From Pseudobdellovibrionaceae bacterium (GTDB lineage: Bacteria > Bdellovibrionota > Bdellovibrionia > Bdellovibrionales > Bdellovibrionaceae), in NCBI GenBank assembly GCA_019637895.1, contig JAHBUU010000001.1, positions 1 to 58,871 of the forward strand: 58,871 nucleotides of DNA, read 5' to 3'. The notes beneath the pieces were generated by a model. It was not told the DNA's origin. It searched no databases and saw only the letters and a program-made list of their open reading frames with translations. The position numbers and the translations under genes are program-made. This document shows, in pieces, positions 28,173 through 37,338 of this stretch (positions are counted from its first letter, which is position 1; each line of letters begins with the position of its first letter).

Positions 28173-28916
28173 TTACTTTGCGAGCTGCGCCTTGATCCAA
28201 GAGGTATAATCGAGGACGAAAACGTCATAACCCCGCGTATCGCAATCCGCCATTGAGTGAATGCCCACCGTGCGTAGTCCCGAGGAGGTGCGACGGAAGG
28301 TCGCCCCACCCGAGTCGCCCTGACACAAGTTATTCGAGCCCCACAAACGAAGCAGTCGCGAACCATCGGAGAAGCGGCCGGGCTTCATCTCGGCGGTCTG
28401 CCCGAAGAAAAAGCTTTCTTGTAGCAAAGTGCGGATCCGAGTCTTCGCACGGTTCGAATAACCGAAGCCCGCCGCAATCAGTTCCAGTCCTTCTGGCAAT
28501 TCGGACCCCGTGATGGCCGCGGGAACGACATCCGAACCGAACGCAGACGACATTTTCAGAACCGCCAGATCCGCTTTGACATAGCTGTTCTCCATCCCGT
28601 AGCCGGGATGGATCTCGTAACTTTTAACTGCCGACGCTCTTTTTTTGTTCGAGCCTTTATAGACGACGATCTGACTCGTCCGCGGCTTCTTGTCGACGCA
28701 ATGGCCTGCGGTCAAAACATGGGTTTTCGAGATCGCCACGCCGGAACAAGTTCCCCCCTGCACAGAGACGAACATCATCGCCTTCGAGACGTCCGAGTTC
28801 GCAGGAACGGGTTTCCCGTCCAGAATCAAGGCCCCAAGCTCTTGCGCCTGAACGCCCAGAGCAAAAAGTGAAATCGATGCGCCAATCAACCATTTCGAAC
28901 AAAGATGTGTCTTCAT
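28173..28916 (-). CDS. secreted trypsin-like serine protease (S1 family)
   Basis: Signal peptide, then the catalytic triad contexts 'LTAGHC' (His), 'DLAVLK' (Asp) and 'CQGDSGGA' (Ser). Confidence 0.85.
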   Translation of the reverse strand: MKTHLCSKWLIGASISLFALGVQAQELGALILDGKPVPANSDVSKAMMFVSVQGGTCSGVAISKTHVLTAGHCVDKKPRTSQIVVYKGSNKKRASAVKSYEIHPGYGMENSYVKADLAVLKMSSAFGSDVVPAAITGSELPEGLELIAAGFGYSNRAKTRIRTLLQESFFFGQTAEMKPGRFSDGSRLLRLWGSNNLCQGDSGGATFRRTSSGLRTVGIHSMADCDTRGYDVFVLDYTSWIKAQLAK

Positions 28917-29066
28917 ATGCTCGTTTTCGGGGCATCGCGGACGCTTCGACAGTCTGGTTTGAGCTTTTAGGACTTCGGACGGTCCAGGCAGAAAATTCCG
29001 CTTCCCTCGACCTCACGGCCATGACACGAATAAAGAAGCTCTCGGGAGCAAGAGGGAGAAAAACAC

Positions 29067-29708
29067 ATGATTGCAATCGTCGCTGGAGCCACGGGACTCG
29101 TCGGAGAAATCCTCACAAGAAAACTCCTCGAGACCGCGGAGGTCCAGAGAGTCATCATCGTTGCGCGAAAAGAATTGAATCTGTCGAACCCCAAACTGTC
29201 GACCGTTCTCGTTCCCGATTTCAAAAACCTGGCGGCCCACTCCAATGAACTCAAGGGAACGCATTATTTCTGCGCCCTGGGCACAACGATCAAAACCGCA
29301 GGCAGTCAGGAAAAATTCCGCGAGGTCGACTTCGATGCCGTTCTCGCCTTCGGTCAACTGGCGTCCCAGCATCAAGCCACTTGCTTGTCCGTGGTCTCGG
29401 CCATGGGAGCAAATGCGAACTCATTCTTTTTCTATAACCGGGTCAAAGGCGAAGCGGAAAAAGCCCTGCAAGCGCTCCCCCTGAAGAGTCTCCGTCTGTA
29501 CCGACCCGGTCTGCTGCTGGGCTCGCGCCGCGAGCATCGCTCCGGAGAGAAGGCGGCGACCCATGTCGCTTCTGTTTTGAAAGTGGTCCTTCCGAACCGC
29601 TGGTTCAAGGGCCTCGCCACCGAGGCGTCGGACTTGGCGCAACGAATGATTGATGATTCAACATCGCCCTCTCCGGGTCTTGGGATTCTCTCGGCGAGAG
29701 AGATCTGA
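29067..29708 (+). CDS. NAD(P)H-binding (atypical SDR / NmrA-like) oxidoreductase
   Basis: Rossmann motif 'IAIVAGATGLVGEIL'. Its ~210-aa size and 'FFYNRVKGEAE' resemble YraR/HTATIP2-like proteins. Confidence 0.7.
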   Translation: MIAIVAGATGLVGEILTRKLLETAEVQRVIIVARKELNLSNPKLSTVLVPDFKNLAAHSNELKGTHYFCALGTTIKTAGSQEKFREVDFDAVLAFGQLASQHQATCLSVVSAMGANANSFFFYNRVKGEAEKALQALPLKSLRLYRPGLLLGSRREHRSGEKAATHVASVLKVVLPNRWFKGLATEASDLAQRMIDDSTSPSPGLGILSAREI

Positions 29709-29718
29709 TCAGCCGACC

Positions 29719-30600
29719 TCAGCAGGGAATCAGCGTCTCTTCAAGATCGGACGGAGGAGGCTCGCTCCAGAGGGAAAGGGCATATCCACCCCCACCGCTT
29801 CCCGTCGGCTTGACCGCCACAGCGCCCGCCTGTTTTAGCCGTTCCAGATGTTGTTGGACCGCGCCTTCCGAAAGCCCCCAGTCCTCGAAACAGGAACCGG
29901 CATTTTGAATGGAGGAAATCAACAGCGACAAGCCATCCCTTTCATCCATCGACAGAGCCCGTTCACAATCTTGAGCCGCCTGACTCATGCGTGCATCAAG
30001 CTCGCGGCCTTTTTCAGGATTCTCTTCGATCAAGCGCTTCACTTTGTTGACGGCATCCGAGGTGATCCCTCGCTGACCGGTGTAGGAAATGAACCATCGC
30101 GGATTCCATTTAGGGACGACGGCAAACTGCCGCCCCTCCCGTTCAAAATGCAAACCTTCGCCGCTGATCGCAACCGCGATATCCACGCCCGAGCTTTCAC
30201 CATGGAACAGATTTTCGAGCGTTCGTGCGAACTCGGCCAGTTCCGGCGATTTCAGGTGACCCAGGTGATGAAACCAACGGGTCATGGCGACACAAAAGGC
30301 CGCCGAGGCTCCAAGGCCCGCGCCGATGGGAATCCTCGACTCAATTTGCAAGCGACCCTTCAAGAGACTCCGAGGAATTCTGATCAGATCACAGGCTCGC
30401 TCAAGCACGGCCCAGAACAAAGGCTCCAGCTCGGACCCATTGCTCCCGCGAAATTGAACCGCCAAGGGGCCTTCGCCGTCTTCATGGGAAATCTTCATCG
30501 AACGGGACTTCAACGGAAAAACCAGGGCCGGACTGCCGCGCAAGACGGCGTGTTCTCCGGCCAGAATCCATTTCCCGAAAGACTCCGTGTGAAAGGACAT
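29719..30600 (-). CDS. mvk: mevalonate kinase (GHMP kinase)
   Basis: 'GKWILAGEHAVLRGSPALVFPL', GHMP motif 'IPIGAGLGASAAFCVA', 'KPTGSGGGGYAL'. Last gene of the mevalonate operon. Confidence 0.75.
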   Translation of the reverse strand: MSFHTESFGKWILAGEHAVLRGSPALVFPLKSRSMKISHEDGEGPLAVQFRGSNGSELEPLFWAVLERACDLIRIPRSLLKGRLQIESRIPIGAGLGASAAFCVAMTRWFHHLGHLKSPELAEFARTLENLFHGESSGVDIAVAISGEGLHFEREGRQFAVVPKWNPRWFISYTGQRGITSDAVNKVKRLIEENPEKGRELDARMSQAAQDCERALSMDERDGLSLLISSIQNAGSCFEDWGLSEGAVQQHLERLKQAGAVAVKPTGSGGGGYALSLWSEPPPSDLEETLIPC

Positions 30601-31563
30601 TTACTTAAGACCTCGCCACGAGGTGAAGGTCATGTGCTTTTTGCGGAAGTGCTCGATCATTTTGTCAGCCAGTTCCCGCTGATCCGCTCGGAACAGCAAA
30701 TGCACATTCGGTCCCGCATCCATCGTGACCAAAGGTCCATCGCCTTTGTGATTCCAAATGTGCTGACAGGCATCCGTCACATCCGAAGACTCTTTCGTCC
30801 GGTATTTGAAAGGCACGGCACTGGTTTCAAACAGTTCGTGCATATCGATAAACTCGTCCCGGCACAGACGATAGCTTTCGGACCAGTTGCGTTCTTTCAA
30901 AGCACTCGTCAGATCCCGGAGGCGTTGATGAGCCCGATCCACACGGCCTTCGAATCGAGGGCTGCTCGTCACTCGCACGTGAGCATCGCTGGACGAGACT
31001 TCTTTGACGCCCGCACTGATCACGACCGCCGCATGCAAAAGATCCGGATAGCCAAGATCCACAGCCTCGGCTCCTTCGTTTTCCCAAAGAGCCCAAGGCG
31101 CAAAGAAAGAACGACAGGACGAGCCCGAGCCCTTACGGGACAGAACGGACAATTCTTCGGGCGAAGTTCTGACGCCGGTTTTTTGCTCGCGCAGATGAGC
31201 CGCCGCCTGAGTCAGGGCCGCAAAGCTCGAGGCCGAGCTGGCCAGTCCGCAGTCCGAAGGAAAGTTGTTCGCAGACTCAATTCGGTAATGGCCCGAGAGT
31301 CCCCAAGCCTGCTTGAGCCGTTCAAAATGACCCAAGAATTTGCTTCGTCCTTTTTCCGACAACTCCGGAGCCGCAAAGCCCTTCAGCTCCAGGGGCGCCC
31401 ACTGATCTTGGTCGCCGTCGATCTCGTGCAGATGAACTTCCGTCACCAGATGAGGCAAGGTGTAGGACAGAGACGCATTGGTCGGTTTGTTCCCGGTCCC
31501 TTCGATTTTTCCCATGTACTTGATGAGCGCGATATTGGACGGAGCCTGACCTTTGATCATCAC
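30601..31563 (-). CDS. mvaD: diphosphomevalonate decarboxylase
   Basis: 'APSNIALIKYMGK...NASLSYTL', 'NFPSDCGLASSASSFAAL', 'SGSSCRS', 'TMDAGPNVHLL'. Confidence 0.85.
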   Translation of the reverse strand: MMIKGQAPSNIALIKYMGKIEGTGNKPTNASLSYTLPHLVTEVHLHEIDGDQDQWAPLELKGFAAPELSEKGRSKFLGHFERLKQAWGLSGHYRIESANNFPSDCGLASSASSFAALTQAAAHLREQKTGVRTSPEELSVLSRKGSGSSCRSFFAPWALWENEGAEAVDLGYPDLLHAAVVISAGVKEVSSSDAHVRVTSSPRFEGRVDRAHQRLRDLTSALKERNWSESYRLCRDEFIDMHELFETSAVPFKYRTKESSDVTDACQHIWNHKGDGPLVTMDAGPNVHLLFRADQRELADKMIEHFRKKHMTFTSWRGLK

Positions 31564-32501
31564 AAACTTGCTCCCGGCAATTCCGACCCTTTCAAAGGAA
31601 CCGGTGATTCCACCTTTAGCTCCAGACCGCGAGTCGAAGCTTCGCGGACATTCACGATTTCAAATTCGTGCTCCTGAGCCCAGATCTCGAAAAACCGACG
31701 GACATTTTTTTCGATGAGGACAAAGATCACGTCAGCCCCCATGGCTCCGCAGCCCTTCGCTCCCCTCACCCCATTCAACCAGAACAGGTTGTGCAGAATA
31801 TCGAGGGTGCTTTCGGCGACCTTGCCCTGTTTTGCCAAGGCTTTCCCATAGGCAGTGATGGATTCGCCGAAAAGATCGGCGTTCGAGGTCGCCCAGGCTT
31901 CTTTGATTTTTTCCATGAGCGGCGCCAAGGCCGAAAAATCGGTTTCCGTCAGATTCTTGAGGTGTTCATGGGTCGCGACCTTCACTCTGGTTTTCATCAG
32001 AAAACCGTCGTAATTTTCAAAGGGCCAGGCCTTCTGAGTGATCATGCCCGCGTTTTTTTCGAAGAAGGTGAATCCACCTTTGAGCTGTCCGATCATATCC
32101 GCACCCGATGGTGCGCGTCCCTGTCCGTTCCAGGCGTCTTTGCGATACTCATCCAAAAGCACTTTGGTATCGAGTTCCGCCTCGGCCTCGAGATTCGAAG
32201 CCTGCTTCCAGGAATACAGGGCAAAGACGGACAGATACTGGGCGGTCGAAGCCCCCCAGCCTCCGGCCCCTTGATGCGGATCCTGGAATTCAAGTTTCAG
32301 ATTGGAAAAGAAATCCTGATGCCGAGTCATGAATTTCGAAGCCGGCGATCCCTCAGGAATCCCCGTCGCCTCGCCGTGGCCTTCACTCACACGAAGCTCG
32401 AAGCGAGGCTCCGTCATCGACAAAAGGGTCAAGCCTCCATCAAGAGCGAGGTATTCACCTGCGAGAAAAGCTTTGCCTGGAACGGAAAATACAAGTGCCA
32501 C
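31560..32501 (-). CDS. phosphomevalonate kinase (GHMP kinase)
   Basis: 'PGKAFLAGEYLALDGG' (PMK-type N-terminus), 'GAGGWGASTAQY', 'GAKGCGAMGADVIFVL'. Assigning it as PMK rather than MK rests on the N-terminal motif only. Confidence 0.7.
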   Translation of the reverse strand: MALVFSVPGKAFLAGEYLALDGGLTLLSMTEPRFELRVSEGHGEATGIPEGSPASKFMTRHQDFFSNLKLEFQDPHQGAGGWGASTAQYLSVFALYSWKQASNLEAEAELDTKVLLDEYRKDAWNGQGRAPSGADMIGQLKGGFTFFEKNAGMITQKAWPFENYDGFLMKTRVKVATHEHLKNLTETDFSALAPLMEKIKEAWATSNADLFGESITAYGKALAKQGKVAESTLDILHNLFWLNGVRGAKGCGAMGADVIFVLIEKNVRRFFEIWAQEHEFEIVNVREASTRGLELKVESPVPLKGSELPGASL

Positions 32502-32513
32502 GAAGAGCCTCCG

Positions 32514-33809
32514 TTAGAGCGGAGGACGGGACGCTCGCAACTCCTTGAGCACCTCGACCGCATTGCTGAGCGAGATGCGCTTGCGGATGGCAAGGATCTC
32601 CTCCAGTTTCTTGACCATACCGGGAAGTTCCTTTTCCTCGGCGCCCGCGCCGAGCGCGAGATTTTTGATGTGCAATTTCATATGGCCTTCGATGATTCCC
32701 ACCGTGGTGAGAGCCCGAAGTGCACCCAGATTCTGAACCAATCCAACCGAGGCGAGGATGCGCGAAAGCTCGTTCGCGGATTTCGCACCAAGGATGTTCA
32801 TCGCGGTTTTCGCCGTCGGATGAAGGGCTGTCACACCACCCACGGTTCCCACAACCAAAGGCGCCTCAAGAACGCCCGTCAGCGTTCCGTCTTGATAAGT
32901 CCATTTAGTGATCGAACGGTACTGACCATCGCGGGAAGCATAGGCGTGAACACCCGCTTCGACGGCGCGCCAGTCATTGCCGGTCGCAATCAAGATCGGA
33001 TCGATCCCGTTCAAGACGCCTTTGTTGTTGGTCGCGGCCCGATAGGGATCGAGCTGCGCGAACAAAGAGGCCTCTTCGATCTTGCGACCGAGTTCTTCGT
33101 CGATTTTCATTTTCACGGTGGCCCGAGTGACCTTGGTGTCCACCAAGTTCGAAAGGATGCACATCGTGACTTTTTCGCCGGTGAAGCTTTCGATCGGATC
33201 TTTCAGGAATTCACAAACCTGATTGATGATGTTCGCCCCCATGGCGTCGCAGGGATTCATGTGAACGTGGATCACGGCCATGCTGATGCCATCGGGACGA
33301 GGCAAGTGCCGGACCTTGATGTCAGAAACACCACCGCCACGACGGACGAGTCCAAAGGCCACCTCACGGTTCGCCAGATCGATCAGATAGTTTTTTTGTT
33401 CGAGGATGGCTTTTTCAAAGGCCGCAAAATCGCGGACCTTCGCCAGCTGGATCTGTCCGATGATGTCGGTGCCGATCACTTCGGTCGTGATCTCGCCGTT
33501 TTCCCGGATCCACTTGGCTGTTTTGCTGGCGGCGGCCACGATCGAGGTTTCCTCGACGGCCATGGGAATCACGACGTCTTTGCCATCGATCCGAAAGTTG
33601 GTGGCAACACCCATAGGAAGCTGGAACCAGCCAATGACGTTTTCGATGAATTTCTCACCGAGAGCCATGTCGCGCAGTCCGCCCTTTTCCAGGTAGGCGG
33701 ATTCTTCCGGCGTCAAAACTCCGACCTCTTGCAGAGCCTTTAAGCGCTGCAAACGATCCAGTTTCGAAAAACCTTTGAAGATCTCCGTCAGTGTTTTCGC
33801 CATGTCCAC
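32514..33809 (-). CDS. mvaA: hydroxymethylglutaryl-CoA reductase, class II
   Basis: ~430 aa and soluble. 'ENVIGWFQLPMGVATNFRIDGKDVVIPMAVEETSIVAAAS', 'DAMGANIIN', 'GGV' and 'GHMKLH' regions match class II (P. mevalonii-type) HMGR. Confidence 0.9.
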   Translation of the reverse strand: MDMAKTLTEIFKGFSKLDRLQRLKALQEVGVLTPEESAYLEKGGLRDMALGEKFIENVIGWFQLPMGVATNFRIDGKDVVIPMAVEETSIVAAASKTAKWIRENGEITTEVIGTDIIGQIQLAKVRDFAAFEKAILEQKNYLIDLANREVAFGLVRRGGGVSDIKVRHLPRPDGISMAVIHVHMNPCDAMGANIINQVCEFLKDPIESFTGEKVTMCILSNLVDTKVTRATVKMKIDEELGRKIEEASLFAQLDPYRAATNNKGVLNGIDPILIATGNDWRAVEAGVHAYASRDGQYRSITKWTYQDGTLTGVLEAPLVVGTVGGVTALHPTAKTAMNILGAKSANELSRILASVGLVQNLGALRALTTVGIIEGHMKLHIKNLALGAGAEEKELPGMVKKLEEILAIRKRISLSNAVEVLKELRASRPPL

Positions 33810-34831
33810 TTCTCCCGGAGTTCCGACGGGGTTTTGGATCCCGTGCAGAACAAAGCGACTTTCAATTCATACTCGATGCGATCCGCGAAGGCGGCCAAAG
33901 CAGCCATCGGCTCTGGCAGCATCACCGCCTGCAACCACGGCTGGGCCAAACCCACCATCTCTGCACCGAGCGACATCAATTTTGCCACGTCGAGGCCGTT
34001 TCTCACACCCCCCGACGCCCAGAGTTGATACCTCAGGGGAAGCTCTTTGGCATTCATCATCGATTGGACTGTAGAAACACCCCAATCGGCAAAGACGGAA
34101 CCGGACTGCGAGCGCCAATCGGATTCATTGATTCTTAGAGTTTCGACTCGACCCCAATGGGTCCCACCACGTCCACTGACGTCCACCGCGTAAATCCCGG
34201 TGTTCTGTAGGCGTTCTAGAGTCGGTCGCGAAAAGCCCGAGCCGGTCTCTTTCACGATCACCGGAACGGGACAAGCCTTCACCAGAGCTTCAAGAGCCCG
34301 GAGTCCCCCTCGGAAATGGGGTGTTCCTTCCAGTTGAAGAACCTCTTGCAAGGGATTGAGATGAATGAAAATTCCAGAGGCCTGGAGATTCTCGATGAGT
34401 CGCAGCACCGGTTCCGGCCCCGCCTCGATCAACTGGGCGATACCCAAATTCCCGATCAAGACGGCACGAGGAGCCTCCGAGCGGATTTTTTTCCACTCTT
34501 GGGCGGCCATCCCGTTCAGGAGTTCTTTGCGCTGGGAGCCGACACCCATCACAAGGCCGCGTTCCTGGGCAAAGACCGCCAGACGACGATTCATTTCCTC
34601 ACCATGCTCGTGACCAGCGGTCATCGAACTGATGAAAAACGGAACGGACAAAGTGTGTTGCTGAAATTTGGTTCTGAGGTCGAGATCGGAAAAATCGAGA
34701 TCGGGAAGGGCTTCATGCAGAAGCTCGATCGATTCAAGGCCGGCAGAGAGTTCCGACTGAGCCTTGGAATCAAGCGCGATCCGAATGTGATCGCGCTTTC
34801 TTTGTTCAAATTGGGGATCTTGCTCCGCCAT
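33788..34831 (-). CDS. fni: isopentenyl-diphosphate delta-isomerase, type 2 (FMN-dependent)
   Basis: 'FEQRKRDHI', 'ISSMTAGH', 'MGVGSQR', 'VIVKETGSG', 'VDVSGRGGTHW', 'ASGGVRNGLDVAK'. The ATG at 34831 has SD GGAGG upstream; an alternative ATG lies at 34846. Confidence 0.9.
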   Translation of the reverse strand: MAEQDPQFEQRKRDHIRIALDSKAQSELSAGLESIELLHEALPDLDFSDLDLRTKFQQHTLSVPFFISSMTAGHEHGEEMNRRLAVFAQERGLVMGVGSQRKELLNGMAAQEWKKIRSEAPRAVLIGNLGIAQLIEAGPEPVLRLIENLQASGIFIHLNPLQEVLQLEGTPHFRGGLRALEALVKACPVPVIVKETGSGFSRPTLERLQNTGIYAVDVSGRGGTHWGRVETLRINESDWRSQSGSVFADWGVSTVQSMMNAKELPLRYQLWASGGVRNGLDVAKLMSLGAEMVGLAQPWLQAVMLPEPMAALAAFADRIEYELKVALFCTGSKTPSELREKWTWRKH

Positions 34832-34849
34832 TCCTTGCCTCCACATTCG

Positions 34850-34873
34850 GAGTGGCTCTTTTCAGAGCCGCTC
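34850..34873 (-). promoter_or_regulatory. stem-loop between the rplT stop and the fni start (possible attenuator or partial terminator, no T-tract)
   Basis: On the minus strand: GAGCGGCTC-tgaaaa-GAGCCACTC, with 8 of 9 positions paired. It lies 10 nt after the rplT stop and 18 nt before the fni ATG. No U-run follows it. Confidence 0.35.
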
Positions 34874-34883
34874 CCGGACGAGC

Positions 34884-35231
34884 TTAGGACAAAGCGTGCT
34901 TGCAAAGAGCGGTGAAAGCCGCAGCGTCGTTGATCGCGAGATCAGAGAGGACTTTGCGGTTGATTTCGATACCAGCTTTGGCCAGTCCACCCATGAGGCG
35001 GCTGTAAGTGGTTCCGTTCAAGCGAGCAGCAGCGTTGATACGTTGAGTCCACAGAGCGCGGAACTCGCGTTTCTTCACTTTGCGATCGCGGTACTCGTAA
35101 GCGAGTGCGCGGTCCATTTTCTCGACGGCGTGGATGTACGCGCGAGAACCCGCAGAGTAGAAACCCTTTGTGCGTTTAAGAACTTTTTTGTGACGAGCGC
35201 GATTGGTTTTACCAGATTTTACACGTGCCAT
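34884..35231 (-). CDS. rplT: 50S ribosomal protein L20
   Basis: 'MARVKSGKTNRARHKKVLKRTKGFYSAGSRAY...AYEYRDRKVKKREFRALWTQRINAAAR'. Confidence 0.97.
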   Translation of the reverse strand: MARVKSGKTNRARHKKVLKRTKGFYSAGSRAYIHAVEKMDRALAYEYRDRKVKKREFRALWTQRINAAARLNGTTYSRLMGGLAKAGIEINRKVLSDLAINDAAAFTALCKHALS

Positions 35232-35243
35232 GACAAACCTCCC

Positions 35244-35435
35244 TTAGAACAACAGCGTCCGGCTGGTTTGATACATGTTCGCATCGTCAACATAGGCTCC
35301 CTGCCCAAGGTGACGCTTGCGTTTCGAGCTCATGTGACCGTTCAAGTGGCGCATGCCAACCTGTTTACGCTTCACTTTGCCACTTTTAGTGACTCTCATG
35401 CGTTTCTTCGCACCAGAGTGAGTGCGTTGCTTCAT
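35244..35435 (-). CDS. rpmI: 50S ribosomal protein L35
   Basis: 'MKQRTHSGAKKRMRVTKSGKVKRKQVGMRHL'. SD GGAGAAGGA upstream. Confidence 0.95.
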   Translation of the reverse strand: MKQRTHSGAKKRMRVTKSGKVKRKQVGMRHLNGHMSSKRKRHLGQGAYVDDANMYQTSRTLLF

Positions 35436-35632
35436 AGTGTTTCCTTCTCCGAGAGGGCGAAAATCCGGAAGGGATTCTTCTTTTGGGGCCGATCTCAGTC
35501 GTTTGAAGACGGACAGGAATATGCTCCCCAGGACGGAAATGCAAGGGTTTTAAGGGACTTGGAGGATTTTCCGTGGTTTCACGCGGGATTCCGCGCCTTG
35601 CCAAATCCTGAAAGTTTTCGGAGAGTTAGGCA

Positions 35633-36118
35633 ATGAAAACTCTTTCTTTGACCTTGCTCCTGCTGATGGGAATGGCCGCCTCTGGGTGCGCCAGTCGCGA
35701 AAAATACCCGCTCCAAAAGGCCGACTCCTCGGAAGTCGAACCCGGGCCCTATGGAAATCCGGTCATCACCAGCGGGAACCCCTCGATCGATGCCGCCATC
35801 GCCCTGCCTTTTGCGGTGGTTGCGGCCGTGCAAGAATCGAAAGCCTTTCCGGACAACACCATTGGCGGCTCCTGCCATAATGAGGATGCCGGTCCCGCCT
35901 CGTCTCCGGACTGCAGCGGTCTTTTCGTTCAGATCAAAGAAGGCACTCGCTCGATCAAGACTCTGCCGATCACGCGCGGTCTGTTTTCGGCGTCCGATCT
36001 CAGACGGGGCTCTTACCGCGTGATTTTGTTTCAGCAACCGACTCAGCCTCTGGCCGAAAAAACCGTATCGACAGGCCAAAGCATCGACTTCACCCTCCGA
36101 AAGAACCTTCAAAAATGA
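35633..36118 (+). CDS. lipoprotein, unknown function
   Basis: Signal peptide and lipobox 'LLLMGMAASGC'. 161 aa. Confidence 0.6.
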   Translation: MKTLSLTLLLLMGMAASGCASREKYPLQKADSSEVEPGPYGNPVITSGNPSIDAAIALPFAVVAAVQESKAFPDNTIGGSCHNEDAGPASSPDCSGLFVQIKEGTRSIKTLPITRGLFSASDLRRGSYRVILFQQPTQPLAEKTVSTGQSIDFTLRKNLQK

Positions 36119-36747
36119 ACCCAACAAAAAAGACCTTCTATCTGATCCGCCATGGCCAGACGGACTGGAATCTGCAAAAGAGACTGCAGGGTTCCCACGA
36201 TATCCCCTTGAATGAAACCGGTCGCGAGCAAGCCCGCGTGCTGCAGCCGTTCTTCGATAACCACAAGATCGACCTCCTCTGTGCAAGCCCTCTGGGTCGT
36301 GCGCAGGAAACCTTGCGACTGATCTTTCCGAACTGGAATGGCAAGGCCATGGTCATCGAAGAGCATCTGCGCGAAGTGAACTTGGGCCCTCTCGAAGGCC
36401 GCATGCAGGCCGATGTCGAACAGGAATTCGGCCTGGACACCTGGAAAAAATGGATGGAAGTGCCCGAAGGCTCCGAAGACTTCGCCTATGACGGAGCGGA
36501 GACGCCCCGCCAGTCCAACGCCCGACTCAAAAAATGTCTTTTGAAGATCGCCGGCGAACACCCGTTCGAAACGGCCGCCGTTTGCATTCATGGATTCTTG
36601 CTTCGTCGGTTCATCCAGGACATCTCTCCGGTGCAACCGTCTCGGGTCATTCCCAACGGGCTGATCATGGAAATCGAATGCGATTTAAAAAATGAAACCT
36701 TCGCTTTGAAAGAAATCTTTCAGGTTCTCGAGGAAAAGCGCTACTGA
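36115..36747 (+). CDS. histidine phosphatase family protein (phosphoglycerate mutase-like)
   Basis: 'FYLIRHGQTDWNLQKRLQGSHDIPLNETGREQA' (RHG catalytic motif) and a distal 'CIHGF'. The start overlaps the upstream stop (ATGA). Confidence 0.8.
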   Translation: MNPTKKTFYLIRHGQTDWNLQKRLQGSHDIPLNETGREQARVLQPFFDNHKIDLLCASPLGRAQETLRLIFPNWNGKAMVIEEHLREVNLGPLEGRMQADVEQEFGLDTWKKWMEVPEGSEDFAYDGAETPRQSNARLKKCLLKIAGEHPFETAAVCIHGFLLRRFIQDISPVQPSRVIPNGLIMEIECDLKNETFALKEIFQVLEEKRY

Positions 36748-36864
36748 TCCCGTTTGAGACAGGACCTTCGACCAAAACTTCGACTTGTGCCGATATCGCG
36801 AAACGGCCTTCACCGAAGCCGGATATCTGACTCCGAAAGACTCTTCACAACGAGGAGGTTTTCA

Positions 36865-37338
36865 ATGAGTCAGTTTTCCATCGACCACAGCGAAGCCCAA
36901 ACCCAGAGTTCCCTTCCTTTCGTGAACCGAAAGAAATTTCTGATCGTCGAGGATGATTTCACCCTTCAGCCTTTTTGGGAGCATGTCATTCAGCGGGTTG
37001 CACCGAACGCCCTGATCCGCTGGGCAACGACCGAAGAAGGAGCGGAAAAGCTGATTCGCGATCGCCATCGTTTGAATGACGCTTTCGATGTCGTGATCGC
37101 GGACGTCCTGTTGGCCGGAGAAAAAACCGGAGTGGACCTGTGGAAAAGATACGGCAGTCCTGAAACGGTTTTTCTTTTCACCAGCGGCCTGAGCGCTCGT
37201 CGATTCAACGGCCTGATGGGACAGGAGGACGCCGACGAAGCGATCCTCATCAGAAAACCCCTGAATCCCATTCAATGCATGGAAAGCCTCAGGGCCGTGC
37301 TGGCCTATCACTCCGTCTTTCCAAAAAACGAGTGGTAA
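36865..37338 (+). CDS. single-domain response regulator (CheY-like receiver)
   Basis: SD GAGGAGG lies 6 nt upstream of the ATG. 'FLIVEDD', phospho-acceptor context 'DVVIADVLL', 'LFTSG', 'IRKP'. There is no output domain. Confidence 0.7.
   Translation: MSQFSIDHSEAQTQSSLPFVNRKKFLIVEDDFTLQPFWEHVIQRVAPNALIRWATTEEGAEKLIRDRHRLNDAFDVVIADVLLAGEKTGVDLWKRYGSPETVFLFTSGLSARRFNGLMGQEDADEAILIRKPLNPIQCMESLRAVLAYHSVFPKNEW

Noticed and set aside
29848-33743. Two very long + strand ORFs (609 and 691 aa) over the mevalonate operon
   Set aside because: They are antisense to five well-supported enzyme genes. The sequences are low-complexity (R/G/H/F-rich) with no recognisable domains.
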